Shown here: positions 1 through 12,500 of the stretch, piece by piece
Position numbering within the stretch: position 1 is the first letter of the stretch
Layout: each line of letters opens with the position of its first letter
IMG/VR virus record: IMGVR_UViG_2706795742_000001
Location: 11,168 to 75,167 of that record
Reading direction: 5' to 3' (one strand)
DNA: 64,000 nucleotides
DNA from: a virus
Taxonomy: Duplodnaviria > Caudoviricetes
The notes under the pieces: generated by a model
The model's input: the letters and a program-made list of their open reading frames with translations, nothing else
What the model was told of the DNA's origin: nothing
Database searches by the model: none
Position numbers and translations under genes: made by a program

Positions 1-111
1 AAGGACAGTTTTGTGCGGAACTTCTACGGCTTCGGCGGCGCAGAATATGCGCCCGGAATGGCCGTCGATCCGCCTATTAATACGCCAGCTCCGCCGGAGG
101 TTATTCCGTGA
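1..111 (+). CDS. 3' end of a virion head-tail region protein (partial)
   Basis: Frame 1 open from window start (KDSFVRNFYGFGGAEYAPG...PEVIP*); its TGA overlaps the GTG start of the next gene. Confidence 0.5.
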   Translation, partial: KDSFVRNFYGFGGAEYAPGMAVDPPINTPAPPEVIP

Positions 112-596
112 CTGCTGCTGGTGTGAAAATTACAAAGAATAATGTCGATGACGTTATTCTTAAGCTGAACGCTCGACTGAGCGAAGGTTTCCTTTACGGT
201 ATGCTTGCAACTTCGCACGCATACCTTAAAGGTCGCTCTGTCAATATGTTCAAGACAGAAACCGGACCAGACGGCTCTAAATGGGCACCGCTGGCGGAAT
301 CAACAGTAAGTTGGCGCGAGTCACTGGGTTATGGTGGCGAGCACCCGATTAACCGCAGAAGCGGTTTTATGGAGGCCAGCGTTACCCGCGCGAAGCCCGA
401 TATTTTCGGCACATCGGATCACATGGAAATGTATTTTCCGAGCGCCACCGCCCCACAAGGGCAACTAGCCATTGAATACGCGCAAGCCGCAGGGCAGTTA
501 AAGGGTCCGGCCCGTCCTTTTGTGGGAATGACACAAAAGGACGTGGCCTGGATTCTTACCCTCATGGAAACGTCTATTTTTAGGAAGCTAAAGTGA
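108..596 (+). CDS. virion morphogenesis / tail-completion protein (Mu gpG-like)
   Basis: Motif F-x-x-ETGPDGSKWAPLAESTV...HPINRRSG typical of this family; position upstream of the major tail gene. Confidence 0.7.
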   Translation: MTAAGVKITKNNVDDVILKLNARLSEGFLYGMLATSHAYLKGRSVNMFKTETGPDGSKWAPLAESTVSWRESLGYGGEHPINRRSGFMEASVTRAKPDIFGTSDHMEMYFPSATAPQGQLAIEYAQAAGQLKGPARPFVGMTQKDVAWILTLMETSIFRKLK

Positions 597-1096
597 TTGA
601 TCCCGATACGCTTTGCTTCCCGAATAATGTGGTTGATTTCCTAGGAACTGCGCTAATGGGAATTGACGCCGACACCAGGGTTCGCAAGCGTCCAATTAAG
701 GACACTGACGAATCTCAGAGTATTAGCGTTTTTCCCGTTGACTGGAATCCCGTTCCAAATTCAATGGAAATGGTTGGCCGTCGGCACGAGCCAACCTTGC
801 AGCGATATTCAATCATGGTTCAGGGATTCATCGCTGATATGGACGAAGAACGCGGTATCCGCAAGCATTCGCTTCTGTCGGCGCAGATTCGCAGTACGCT
901 TTACCGGAGCCATGCCGTCGCTGTAGCCTTGCCTCAGTTGGTTGTGAGCTTTTCGGGGTCGTCGGGAGCGACCACCGAGCGCGTCTCCAGGTGGGGAGTA
1001 GTCGGACAGCAATATCTGAACAATCAACTTCCCAACAATGGAAAATTCCTGTTTCTATCAACTACAGAAGTATTTGTAGAAACCGAGTTTGAGTAG
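593..1096 (+). CDS. probable tail terminator
   Basis: 167 aa, GTGA overlap with previous gene, synteny just before major tail protein. Confidence 0.55.
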   Translation: MIDPDTLCFPNNVVDFLGTALMGIDADTRVRKRPIKDTDESQSISVFPVDWNPVPNSMEMVGRRHEPTLQRYSIMVQGFIADMDEERGIRKHSLLSAQIRSTLYRSHAVAVALPQLVVSFSGSSGATTERVSRWGVVGQQYLNNQLPNNGKFLFLSTTEVFVETEFE

Positions 1097-1111
1097 GAAA
1101 GGAACGAGCAA

Positions 1112-1417
1112 ATGGCTCTGACTGACGATCAGGTTGACGAGCTTAAGGCCCGCAACGCTAAGAATCGAGAGACGATCGAGGACCTTAAGCGACAGTACGC
1201 TGAGGCCGAGGCCGCAACGAATAACGATATTCGTGCTGCTGCACTTGATAAGGAAGCTGCCGCGCAGGAAGCCGAGATTGCTCGACTCCAAGCTGCTGTT
1301 TCCAGCATTAATGGCGGCGCTGACGTTCCGACTCAGCGACCGGAGAATAATCAGTTCTCGCCCACCAACTTTAGCTCGCCCGCTCATAACGTCGCTGGCG
1401 ACGCTGACGAGAACTAA
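1112..1417 (+). CDS. small coiled-coil hypothetical protein
   Basis: GAAAGGA RBS, Ala/Glu-rich heptad-like sequence. Confidence 0.7.
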   Translation: MALTDDQVDELKARNAKNRETIEDLKRQYAEAEAATNNDIRAAALDKEAAAQEAEIARLQAAVSSINGGADVPTQRPENNQFSPTNFSSPAHNVAGDADEN

Positions 1418-1428
1418 GGAGTAATAAA

Positions 1429-2454
1429 ATGGGTTACGGTTCGCAGAGCGGTCAGGTAATTCTTGGCCTCCAGTCTGCACCTGGTGTCGCTAATCCCAAC
1501 CTCGCCACTAAGGGCACTTCGGTTAAGCTGACTTCCGGCTCGCTTGCCGGTAATCGTGAGCTGCTTATTCCGGACCCGGAAATTGGCGGCAGTCGTGCGG
1601 CGTCGGACGCAAATCTCGGTCCGGTTAGCTTCTCGGGCGACTATGAAATGTACGTCCGATTCCGGTCGGTCGCGCTTTTCCTGTATGGCGCTCTCGGTAC
1701 CAAGGCCAGCGCTGCTCATAGCACCGCGCCCGCCGATACCGCGTTTGTCCATACCATTACCGCGACTTCGGCTTCGCAGCTTCCGTTCTTCACCGTTTAC
1801 GAGGAAATCTCGAACGATCTTGAGCGGTATCTCTACACCGACGCCGTTGTCAATACCTTCCATATGGAGGCTGACGCTGGCGGTTACCTGACGGCAACTG
1901 CTGGTATGATCGCGCGTCTTATGACCGCGAATGCCACCAATATCGACGGTACCACTCTGGTTGATAATACCAGCATGGTTGTCGGTACCAATATCACCGT
2001 TAAGTATGACGGTGTTCAGGTTCCGGCTAAGTCTTTTGCTTTGGATATTGCGAACAACGTCGAGGATGATGATTTCCGACTGGGTTCGTTCTTCCTCGGT
2101 GATATGACTGCAAAGTCGCTGGAAGTCACCGGCTCCATGACTCTGCGCCATGATTCCAACGCAAAAATGCGCCAGGCGCTTTTTGGTTCGGCTTCTGCAA
2201 CGCAGATCGGTGGTCTTACCACCAAGGAAGACCTGGAAATCAACATGGAGTCTTATGTTGATATTCCGGGTGCAACCGGCGTTAAGTTTGGCATTAAGGT
2301 CACTTGCCCTTACACCATTCTGAATCCGTTTGCATTCGAGCCGAGTGGTGACGACGTTCTGGAAAATGACGTCGAACTGACGATGGTTCAGAATGACCCG
2401 TCGCAGAGCATTATCACCGTCGAGGTTACCAATGACCTGGAAGAGATTGAGTAA
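1429..2454 (+). CDS. major tail protein
   Basis: 341 aa, AAGGAG RBS, beta-rich tail-tube-like sequence, followed by chaperone and tape measure. Confidence 0.85.
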   Translation: MGYGSQSGQVILGLQSAPGVANPNLATKGTSVKLTSGSLAGNRELLIPDPEIGGSRAASDANLGPVSFSGDYEMYVRFRSVALFLYGALGTKASAAHSTAPADTAFVHTITATSASQLPFFTVYEEISNDLERYLYTDAVVNTFHMEADAGGYLTATAGMIARLMTANATNIDGTTLVDNTSMVVGTNITVKYDGVQVPAKSFALDIANNVEDDDFRLGSFFLGDMTAKSLEVTGSMTLRHDSNAKMRQALFGSASATQIGGLTTKEDLEINMESYVDIPGATGVKFGIKVTCPYTILNPFAFEPSGDDVLENDVELTMVQNDPSQSIITVEVTNDLEEIE

Positions 2455-2508
2455 TCTTTTCCAATAAGTCTCTCGTTTACTCGTCACATGGGTGGCCGAG
2501 AGCAGTCA

Positions 2509-2555
2509 GTCTGGGGATACCGAATTAAACTCTTCTTAATTCGGTATCCCCAGAC
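2509..2555. terminator. perfect 20-bp hairpin after major tail gene (terminator/processing site)
   Basis: gtctggggataccgaattaa / loop actcttc / ttaattcggtatccccagac. Confidence 0.7.
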
Positions 2556-2600
2556 CTGTCAGAATAATAAAAACTCATCAAGCCTAGAAAGGGCAATAAG

Positions 2601-3206
2601 ATGACTCTGGACAACACCATCCAGGACCCCACTTCTTTTGACTACGGCAAGTCGCAGGAAGAGCTGGCCGCAGACCGTAATGCTGAGGCACAGGGAATCC
2701 CGACCGTTAAGCATGTTTTCCAGGATTACTGGGGCAAGGACGTTACCGAGAAGTTCGTCTTCCCCGGCCAGGAAGATTTGCCGGTTGATTTTCAGCAGTA
2801 CATCGAGTTTAAGCCGATGAACGAGGGCGCTCGCGCCCGTTTCCAGAAGAAGACCAACCGTGGCGTCGTTATTGAGTCTCGCACTCAGAACGCGCGAATG
2901 GGTATGGACCCCGCAGGTGACCGTAAGGCGCTTTTTGAGGAGTCCATCGTTGACTGGCGTATGGCTCAGAATGGTGAGCTTGTTCAGTTCTCCATGCACC
3001 GTTTCCTGTCGTGGTACGACAAGGCCGATCCCTACCTTATTGACGAGCTTGAGCGCGCAATCCGTAAGGAAAATAAGTGGATGATGAACGAGCTTTCGTC
3101 TGAGGGCATCCGCGAGGAAATCAACAACCTTGAGGATCAGTACCGAGAGGCGGTTAAGCGCGAAGAGGCCGAAGCAAATTTCGGCGACAAGCCCAGCAAT
3201 TCGTAG
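2601..3206 (+). CDS. tail assembly chaperone (G-like)
   Basis: 201 aa between major tail and tape measure; slippery site near the 3' end. Confidence 0.85.
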   Translation: MTLDNTIQDPTSFDYGKSQEELAADRNAEAQGIPTVKHVFQDYWGKDVTEKFVFPGQEDLPVDFQQYIEFKPMNEGARARFQKKTNRGVVIESRTQNARMGMDPAGDRKALFEESIVDWRMAQNGELVQFSMHRFLSWYDKADPYLIDELERAIRKENKWMMNELSSEGIREEINNLEDQYREAVKREEAEANFGDKPSNS

Positions 3207-3466
3207 AGGGTAAGCCGGTAACTGATCCACATAATGCAATTCGCATGTTTATGATGTGCGAGGCAATGAAGTGGAATCATTTACCTATGGCTGGTGGAAT
3301 TTACAACCAGGACCCAGAATTGATGGACAAGTTCTTCCATCTGTTTTCGGTTCGCTCTGAACACCAGGCAAAAGAAGCCAAAAAGCAAGAGCGAGAAGCG
3401 AAAGCAAAAAAGAACAGAGCAGGTGGCGCACGGTCGTCCCGTCCGGCTACGAGAAAGCGCAGGTAA
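2601..3466 (+). CDS. tail assembly chaperone GT fusion via programmed -1 frameshift
   Basis: A AAT TTC heptamer at 3176-3182 in correct phase; -1 frame open 3158-3466 with WNHLPMAGGIYNQD motif. Confidence 0.85.
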
Positions 3467-3572
3467 CGCGCTGAAACGTAGCGGCGGGGCGACCGTCGTC
3501 GTATGATGGTTAATTGTTACGGGAATTATGGGCACAGTGGAGGCCCACAACCTTCAAGGATATTGAGTCCAT

Positions 3573-6500
3573 ATGACTCCCGCAGAGCTTAGAATTCTTG
3601 TCAGCGTTCGTGCAGCAGACGCCAAGAAAATGCTTGGTCAGCTTACTGCTGCAATGAATGCGATTAAGGCAAAAACTGCCGAGGCTAGCGCTAGTATTCG
3701 TGGATTTAACGGAACTCTCGCAAGCTCCAACGGCACAATTTCAAATACCTCCAAGAACGCTGCCGACCTGGCGGCGAATTTGTCGCGCGTGGGTAAGTCC
3801 GCGTCGGGGGTAACCAAGGTTTCCGCTTCGGCCAAGAGTGCGAATGCAGCACTGGCCGGACTGGAAAAGAACTCCATGAAGGCCGCGCAGAATCTCGCGG
3901 CAATTGATAAGGCTGCAACTCGCGCCGCCGCCGGTATTTCCCGGATTTCCAAGTCTGCACCCGAGATTAAGGCTCTTGGTGCAGCATTTAAGGGTACGGC
4001 TGCCGACATTGCAGCCTTTAATGCTGCCCTAAATAAGGCCGCAACCGCAGGAACGCGCGCAGAAAAGACCGTAGGTGCCGCAGGTGCCGCAGCAAAAGCC
4101 TCTGGTACTGCTGCCGCCGGGGCCGCAAAAGGCTGGGAAAGTATGGCGGCGGCTCAGGCCGCTTCCGCTACCAGTGCGCGCGCCGCCGCTACTGCAAATA
4201 AGGCTGCCGCTGCCGCCACTTCCACTAATGCCGCTTCCACCGCTGCCGCTTCCGCTGCACAGCTTACTTTGGCTGAGCGCGTTGCGAAGTCTAGCGAGGA
4301 AATGCGTAAGGCCGGCTCGCGCGCACAGTGGGCGGGTCGTCAGATTTCGCTCATGTTCACCGCGCCCACCGCGCTTCTTATTGGTGCTGGCACTAAGTGG
4401 ATTCTTGATCTTCAAAAGCAGCAGACTCAGCTTGCCAAGGTTTATGGTGATACGCATGATTCCGCAGCGGAACTGGAAAAGCAGCTCAATAGCTTGCAGG
4501 GGCAGTTCCGTGAAATGTCTGACGCATATGGTTTCTCTCAGGAAGAAATCACCGGAATTGGTGCCGCATGGGCACAGGCCGGAAAGAGCGGACAGGCACT
4601 AGCTGAATATACTCGGCTTTCCACCGAGGCAATGATTATCGGTGATATTACGGCCAAGCAGGCCCAGGAGTCTATGGTTGGCCTTAATTTGCAGTGGGGA
4701 CTTGCGGCAAAGCAGTCTAAAATCACTGCAACCGAAATGATGAGTATGCAGGACGCAATTGCTGCAATTAACACTGCGTCCAATCAAACTCAGGTTTCGT
4801 ACGCCGACCTTCTGACTGTTATGTCTCAGGCCGGTTCTGTTGCCAAGAATGCTGGCGTTTCCTTCAAGGAAACTCTGGCTATGGCTACTTCTATTACTCG
4901 CATTACCGGCTCGGCAAATAAGGCCGGTAACGCGCTTAAGTCGATCTTCACTAATGCCATGTTCCCGACTCGCGGGCGTGGTACCGATTTCCTTAAGCAG
5001 CTCGGTGTTGATCTTGAAAATACCGAGGATCGAGCGCTTACCGCTTCTCAGCGTATTGAGCGCGTTGCTCTGAATATGGCACGCCTGGATGAGCAGGGGC
5101 GTATTACCGCCGCCGCAGGCATCTTTACCAAGTGGCAGGTTAACGCATTCGCTCAGCTTGGCAACGATATTGACAAGGCGCGCGTTCAGCTCAATCTTTG
5201 GACCCGTGAAATTACCGGCACCGAGGTTGCTGGTAAGAATCTGTACGAAAGCCTCTCCCGGCTGGACAGTATTAAGCCTGGCTCCAACGCGGAAAAGGCA
5301 ATGCGTGCTCTTAAAATTGAGATTGACGACGCTGGTTACAAAACCATGAACGTCAATGCGAAGTTCATTCGCTTTGCGGATTCGCTTCGTGGACTTAATG
5401 ACGAGCAGCGTCGTAGCAGAATCGGTGATATTTTCGGAGAGACTCGCGTTTCTCAGATTGACGAGCTTGTAAAGAAGACCAACGAAAACACCGAGGCTCT
5501 TGGTAACTATAACCGAGAGCTTGCAACGCTTGGCGATAAGCGCAAGAACTTCGATAGCTACAAGAAGGAACTTAATACGTTCCTTGAGTCGAACCCGCAA
5601 AAGTTTAAGATTGCGGGCCAGATGATTAAGAACAGTATTATGGACGTTGTTATTGTCCTGCTGCCTTACATCATCGCCACCGCTCAGGCTATTGCGCAAA
5701 TGGCTCGCGCGTTCTCGGAAATGAATCCGACCTTGCAGAAGGTTGTCATTGGATTCATGATTTTCCTGGCCCTTGTCGGTCCTCTGGCTATTCTTATTTC
5801 TAGCTTCAAGGTTCTGTTCGGCGTTATCGGCGGCGGAATGGCTAAGCTGCTGGGATTCTTTATTGTCACCAGCAAGGGGGCTGACGGCGCAAGCAAGTCG
5901 TATTTCCGGTTCTCTGCTGCCGGTAAGAAGGCTGCCGCAGAAAACCGCGCAAGCATGACTAGCATGACCGGAATTATCCGTAGTGGATTTGCTAGCATTA
6001 TTCGTAGTGCTTTCAATTCCGCTGCCAGTTATGTTCGTGCCGCATTCCGTGGAGCCAAGGGTTCTACTCAGGCATATGCTCAGGGTGCAACTGCCACCGC
6101 TCGCGCCGTTTGGGTTAGCTCTGTTCAGGTTGTCAATAACGAAGCTGCCACCGGCGCACGTCGCGCTCAGATCGCGCTTAATACTGGTCGCACTCTTCTT
6201 CAAATTGAAAATAACACCGGAATGCTGCGACGCAATGCAGCAGGTGCAGTTAACTTCGCAATCGTTGAGGGCGAGGTTATTTCTGGTGCTCAGCGCACGG
6301 CCAATCAGTCTAAAACCGGCAAACAAATGCTTGCGCTTGAATCTGCTGACGGTCGGGCGCGACGACTCGCCAATCAGCGCGTAAACTTCGAGATTGTTTC
6401 GACCGAGCAGGTTGCTAATGCAAAGCGCGTAGCAAACCAGACTCGCAATAACGGTCAAATGCTCGCGCTGGAATCGGCTTCTGGTCGTCAGCGCCGAATG

Positions 6501-9500
6501 GCTCAGACTGCATATGCCGCTGGCGTGCTCCGCGAGGACAGCGTTACCGCTGCACGGCGTCTCGCTATCATCAATGCGAATAACCCGCGTCTTGCTGCCG
6601 CTCAGGCCGCAGGAATGCAGGCTCAGGCGCGCGCCGTCGCTGCCGGTGGCGCAAGCGTGGTTGCCGCTCAGGCCGCAGTCTCGCGGAAACAGGCTCTCGT
6701 TGCCACCACGGGCGGCGTTACTGCCGGTGCCGGTGCTGCCAATGGCGCTAAAAAGGGATTCAAGGGCAAGGCTGGCGGTCTTTTGACCACCATGCTCTCT
6801 GTTTTCTCGTTCCTGCCTATTGGGTGGATGAAGGCAATTGGTCGCGGATTCTCTGCAATTCCGAAGGCTATTTCCAGCGGCGTTAAGTCAATTGGTCCGA
6901 AGATTGGTGGACTTTTCTCCAAGCTCGGCATTAACTCTGGCAAGACTTTCGGCCAGGGTGTTATGCGAGTCCTCGGAGGAAAGGGAGGCTGGATCGGCGC
7001 TGCAATTGGCGCGATTGTCGCGGGTGTTGCATTTGCCTGGGACGATATTGTCAAGAGCTTCAATCGAATCTTCAAGAGCGACAATAACATTCCGATCTTT
7101 GCTCGTCCGTTTGTTTTCTCGGCTGAGCTAATTATCAATGTTATCAAGAAACTGCCCGACGTTGTCGTGGCAGTATTCAAGGCTGTCGTAAGCACGATCG
7201 TTGCCGCCGGTAAGGCCGTCTACAAGGCATTCAGCTACCTTAACCCGTTCCAGCGTCACTCGCCGTCGCTGGTTGAAAATGTCACTAATGGCATGGCTGT
7301 TGTTACCAGCGTTTTCGCTGATAGCTCCAAGCAAATTCAGGGAGATATTCACGACGCATACCGCGCAATCCTCAAGTTTGGCACCGCCACAGCCGGACTG
7401 AGTGGCAAGGCTGCCGGAATCAAGCGTGACGAGGATTTGGGTGAGCTGAATAAGGCTGATCCTTCCGGCGCTGCCGCTAATGCATATAAGGGCATGGAGG
7501 CGCAGACCAAGAAGCTCGAAGCAAATAGCGTTAAGCTGAATGCTGCAATGGTTCGTCAGCAGAAAATTGTTGACGGCCTTAAGCAGAAGCTCGACGCCGC
7601 CGATAAGGCAATTGCCAAGGTCCAGCGAAGCATGGATCAGGCGCAAAAGGTTGCCGACGCATTTGGCAAGGCGCTTGAATTTGCGCAGAGCCGACTTGAT
7701 TTCTACGCGAATGCTCCGATTAAGGGTATGCGCGCAATGTCTGACGCCATTTTTGAGAATGAAATGGCTCAGAAGCGCTTGCAGCTTCAAATGATGCAGC
7801 TCGAAGAGGCTGGCGGTAGTATCGACGATATTACCGACAAGTACGCGCGTCTACAGGGCCAGATTGAAACCCTGTCGGGCGAGCGCGCCGAGTTGCAGCA
7901 AAAGGGTGCCGGTAGCGACATTCTTGCCACTTATGACAAGATGATTGCCGACCTGAAAAAGCAGCAGGGAGAAGCGCTTACTGGTCCGGCTGCCGAGGTC
8001 GAGGCGCTTAATAAGTCGCTGGATGAACTTAAGCGCAAGGGCGAAATGCTTGATTTGCAGAACTCTCTGCAATTTGACCCGCTTACTCGTCAGATTCAGC
8101 AGCTTGTCAGCAATGAGCAGGAGCTTGATTTCGGCACGATTGTTGCCGGTGTCCAGACGTATAAGGCTCAGGTTGACGGCCTTACTGTTGCGCACCAGAC
8201 TGCAAATGACGTTGTCGCGGCTCACGCTAGCGTTCTTTCGGTTATGAGCGACCAGCGTGAGGCGCTGGCTGCAACTTATGACGCCGAGCAGGAAAAGCTC
8301 GACGGAATTAAGACCACCTATGACCAGAATCGCGCTGCAATTGACGCGCTCGAATCTGCCATGAACGAACTGGTTTCCAATGCTTCTACTGTCAATCAGT
8401 ATATGGATGAGCAGAAGCGGAAGATGGAGGAAGCCGCTGAAAAGCTCAAGAATGCTAAGGACGGCGTAGACGACCTTAAGAACAGCCTTGGCGAACTTGG
8501 TGACCTTGATATTGATCCGGACTCTCTTGTTCCGGAAGATATTGGTCCTAAGCTCGAAGAGAAGTTCGGAGATATGTTCAAGGGACTTGGCGACAAGTTC
8601 AAGAACTTCTTTAAGGAGCTTGGTCCGAAGATTCTCGGATGGGTTACCGGACTTGGCAAGTGGCTTCTCGACGGTCTTAAGAAGCTGCCTGGCGAAATCG
8701 CTAAGGGTCTGTCGTTTATCCTCGGTTACCTGATCGGTGCTCTTGCTAAAATTGCTAGCAAGATTGGCGAGGGTTTCGAGAAGGGCCTTGTTTGGATTTT
8801 CACAGAAATGCCCGGCAAGATTTGGGAATGGATCACCAATATTGATTGGTCCCAAGTCTGGCAGGCAATTTCCGACGTGTTCATGGGAATCTTTACCAAT
8901 AAGGATGATTTCTGGGGCAAGATCGGAAGCTGGATTATTGATGGTCTTCTTGGTGGTATCTGGAACGCAATCCAGAATATCGGCCAGTGGATCATGGATA
9001 ATATCATCACGCCGTTTATGAACGGCATTAAGGAAGGTTGGGGCATTGCCTCACCCTCTACTGTCATGGCCGAAATCGGCATGTGGCTTATTGAGGGGTT
9101 CCTTGGTGGTCTTGTCAACAACTTCTTTAAGCTGGTCACCTGGTTCACCGAACTGCCCGGAAAGCTCATTGCTGCAATGGGCGATCTTGGAAAGTGGATC
9201 GGCGATAAGTTTTCGCAGGCTCTCGCTTGGATCAGGGATAAGCTGCCCGAGTGGGCGCAGGGCGTGTTCGATTTCTTTAAGAACTTGCCTAGCAATATCA
9301 TCGAGAAGCTGGGCGACCTTAAGAAGTGGATTGGTGATAAGTTCCACGAGGCGCTTGACTGGCTTCGCGATAAGCTGCCCAGTTGGGCTGATCCCATTCT
9401 CAATTTCTTTGAGAATCTGCCGAACCTTATTGGCAAGGCGCTGGACACCATTAAGGAGAAGGCAAAGACTCCGATTAACTTTGTTATTGGTACTGTTTAC

Positions 9501-12500
9501 AACAACGGCATTCGTCGTATTTGGAACAACACCGCTGGCAAGGTTGGTCTGCCTGAAATGGCAGAGGTCCAGCAACTCGCAAAGGGCGGTAACGTCGCAG
9601 GCCGCGTAGTCGGACCGGGAACTGGCACTAGCGATTCCATTTTCACTAGCGCTGCACCCGGCACGGAAATCTTTACGGCGCGTGAGGTTGCAAATGCCGG
9701 TGGATTCTCCGGTTTGGAGCGACTTCTTTCTCAGCGAGGCGTGCGCGGATTTGCCGCACCTTCTGGCACTGGCGCTCCCGTTGCATTGAGTAATGGCGAA
9801 TTTGCCGCGACTCCTGCAATGGTTGCGCAGCTTGGCGGAACGAATGCTGTTAAGGCTATTCGCGCCCAGCTTGCCGGTGGCGGAATTCCTCAGCATGGTC
9901 TTGGTGATATGGTTAGCGCAGTTACTTCGCTGCCAGGAAAGGCCGTGGATAAGGTTGTCGATACCGGGCGCAGTGTTGCCGGTGAAGGCGTTGACGCTCT
10001 TATGTCCGCGCTTGAAAAGACTATTCCTGATGTTCTTACGCCTCCCGGTGGAGATATTGGCAAGCTGCCAAAGGGATTCTTTAATGCTGTTCGCGTAAAG
10101 GTCGTGGACACCATTAAGGGTCACGCGGGCGGCGGCACGGTCGCGCGCTTTGCCGGTGGCGGCACGACGTCGAGCGCGTCGCCCGCTGCCGGTGGCGCGG
10201 CGACCGGCGCGAGCGCCGGGGCCGCTGGTGCTGGCTCAGGCGGCGTCGATCTGGGAACTGGTACCGGACTCGCACAGGCTGTAGCGGGGAGCACCGACGC
10301 GGCGGCGCAAATCTGGGAAGCCTACTACCAGGAAATTGAAACCGCTCAGGTTGCCAGCAATACCGTTATGCAGACTCAGCAGCTTATGGCCGACACCGTT
10401 ATGTTGGCTCAGCAGGCTGCAAGCATTACCGGCATGACTGTTAATGCTGACACTTATCGGGCAACGGAAGGAACGAATAGTCTTCTATTCCAGCAGACTC
10501 AGGCCACCAATGACCTTGCTCATAAGGCTGTTCTCAACTCTCAGTTGAGCACCTTTACTAGCGCGCAGGGCAGTACCTGGGGAAGTTTCCGTAGTAATCT
10601 GGACAAGATCACTACGGATATGCAGGCAGACGTTACGACCAATTTCAACGAACTCGGTGCTAATATCGAGGAAGTTGTTATGCGTCAGATTACGCCTACA
10701 ATTGAAACCTTTGACCCGTTGCTCAATACTGCAATCGGCTGGTTCGGTTCCGCCTCTGATGATATTGGTCAGATGTGGGCGCAGACTTTGCCGAAGGTTC
10801 AGGACCCGACTCGCAGCATTATTAACGACGTTTACAATAACGGCGTTCGTGTTGCGTGGAGCAAGGTTCATACTTGGCTCGATTTGCCAGAACTTGAGCA
10901 GTTCACCGCAGGTTTTGCCGAGGGTGGTGCTCCCGGCTTCGGCGGCAATATGGTTCCGCTTAGCTCTCTGAGCAACCCGAATAACCCGCGTTCGATTAAG
11001 AATGGCGGACCGCTTAAGGCCGCCTCGGGTTCTCGGGACTCCACTCTTTTTGCTGGTATGCGTGGCGAATACGTAATGAGCAAAAAGATGGTCGAGGGAG
11101 CCGGTGGTATCGGTAATCTTGAGGCGTGGCGAAAGGCAGTCAATACTGGCGTTCGGCCCGTTGAAACTGGTGGCACGATTAATTTCGACGCTGTTCCAGG
11201 TTTCGCTGCCGGTGGTTTGGTTGCCCGTCCTGAGAACCAGGAAGTTCCTGGTGTTATTCAGCAGGTTCCTGAAATCCTTAAGCCGTACTACAACCGTGTT
11301 TATGATTACGGCGGTGGCGGCGAAGGCGGTCGTGGTTATGACTGCTCGGGCTGGACTGGTGCTGTTCACCAAATCCTGAATGGCGCAAGCCATGTTGGGC
11401 GTATTTGGTCCACTGAGGTTAATTTCAGTAGCTTTGGATATAAGCGCGGTAACGATGGTTACTGGTCGATGGGTGTCCATAACGGCGGCGGCGGAATGAA
11501 TTCGCACACCGCCGGTACACTTGCGGGCGTTAACTACGAATCGGGCGGCGCTCATAATACGTCAACCTGGGGCGGTCCGGCTGCCGGTACGATTAACTCG
11601 CAGTTTGAGAACCAGTATTACCTGCCGAGCCTTGGCGGAAAGTTCATTGGAACGCCGGGCGGAAATGGTATGTCCGTGGCAATTACTCCCATGTTGCTTG
11701 AAATGTGGGATAAGCACATGGACACCATTAAGCCGGGAATTGAGGGGCTTGGGCTTGGCGGAACCATTGGAAAGAATCCAATGGCCGCGTTCGACAAGTT
11801 TAATCTCCTTCGTGGAGTTGTTGAAAAGAAGGGTGAAGAAAAGGACGCAGCAGCAGCTGTTGCAGCGGCGGCTAATTACGGTCAGGGTGCGCCTGGTTCG
11901 TACGGCGGTGGCGTGGAAAGGTGGCGTTCCGTTGTTCAGGAAGCGCTGCAAATGGTGGGCCAGCCCAAGTCTTACGACGAAATTACTCTTCGTAGGATGA
12001 ACCAGGAATCCGGTGGCGATCCGCAGGCTATTAACCTGTGGGATAGCAATGCTGCCGCAGGAACTCCCTCCAAGGGCCTTATGCAGGTTATTGATCCCAC
12101 GTTCCAGGCAAATCGTCATCCGGCGCTGCCTAATAACATCTGGGACCCAATGGCTAATATCGTGGCGTCCATGCGTTATACGCTTGGTCGTTATGGTTCG
12201 CTGCCCGCTGGATACAACCGTGCTGGTGGATATGACAAGGGCGGATGGTTGGAGCCTGGCATTACTCAGGCAATTAACTTGACCGGAAAGCGTGAGGCAG
12301 TTCTCACGAATACGGACTGGAAGGCTGTTTACAAGGCTGCAATGAAGCCCGCTGTTGACGCCAAGATGATTGCCGAGGGCTATATAGCGGCGATGGAGAA
12401 AGTCTACGGAGTCAATATCAGCAAGAAGGTTGGTGACGTTCAGGCTCAGGCGGTGGAATGGGCGCTGGAAGGTCAGAATGCCACCTGGAATCCTCAGATT

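Noticed and set aside
1414-11555. Long - strand ORFs (e.g. 1414-2487, 4599-6458, 7851-8855, 9051-10124, 10485-11555)
   Set aside because: Antisense shadows of the major tail and tape measure genes; no RBS or motifs
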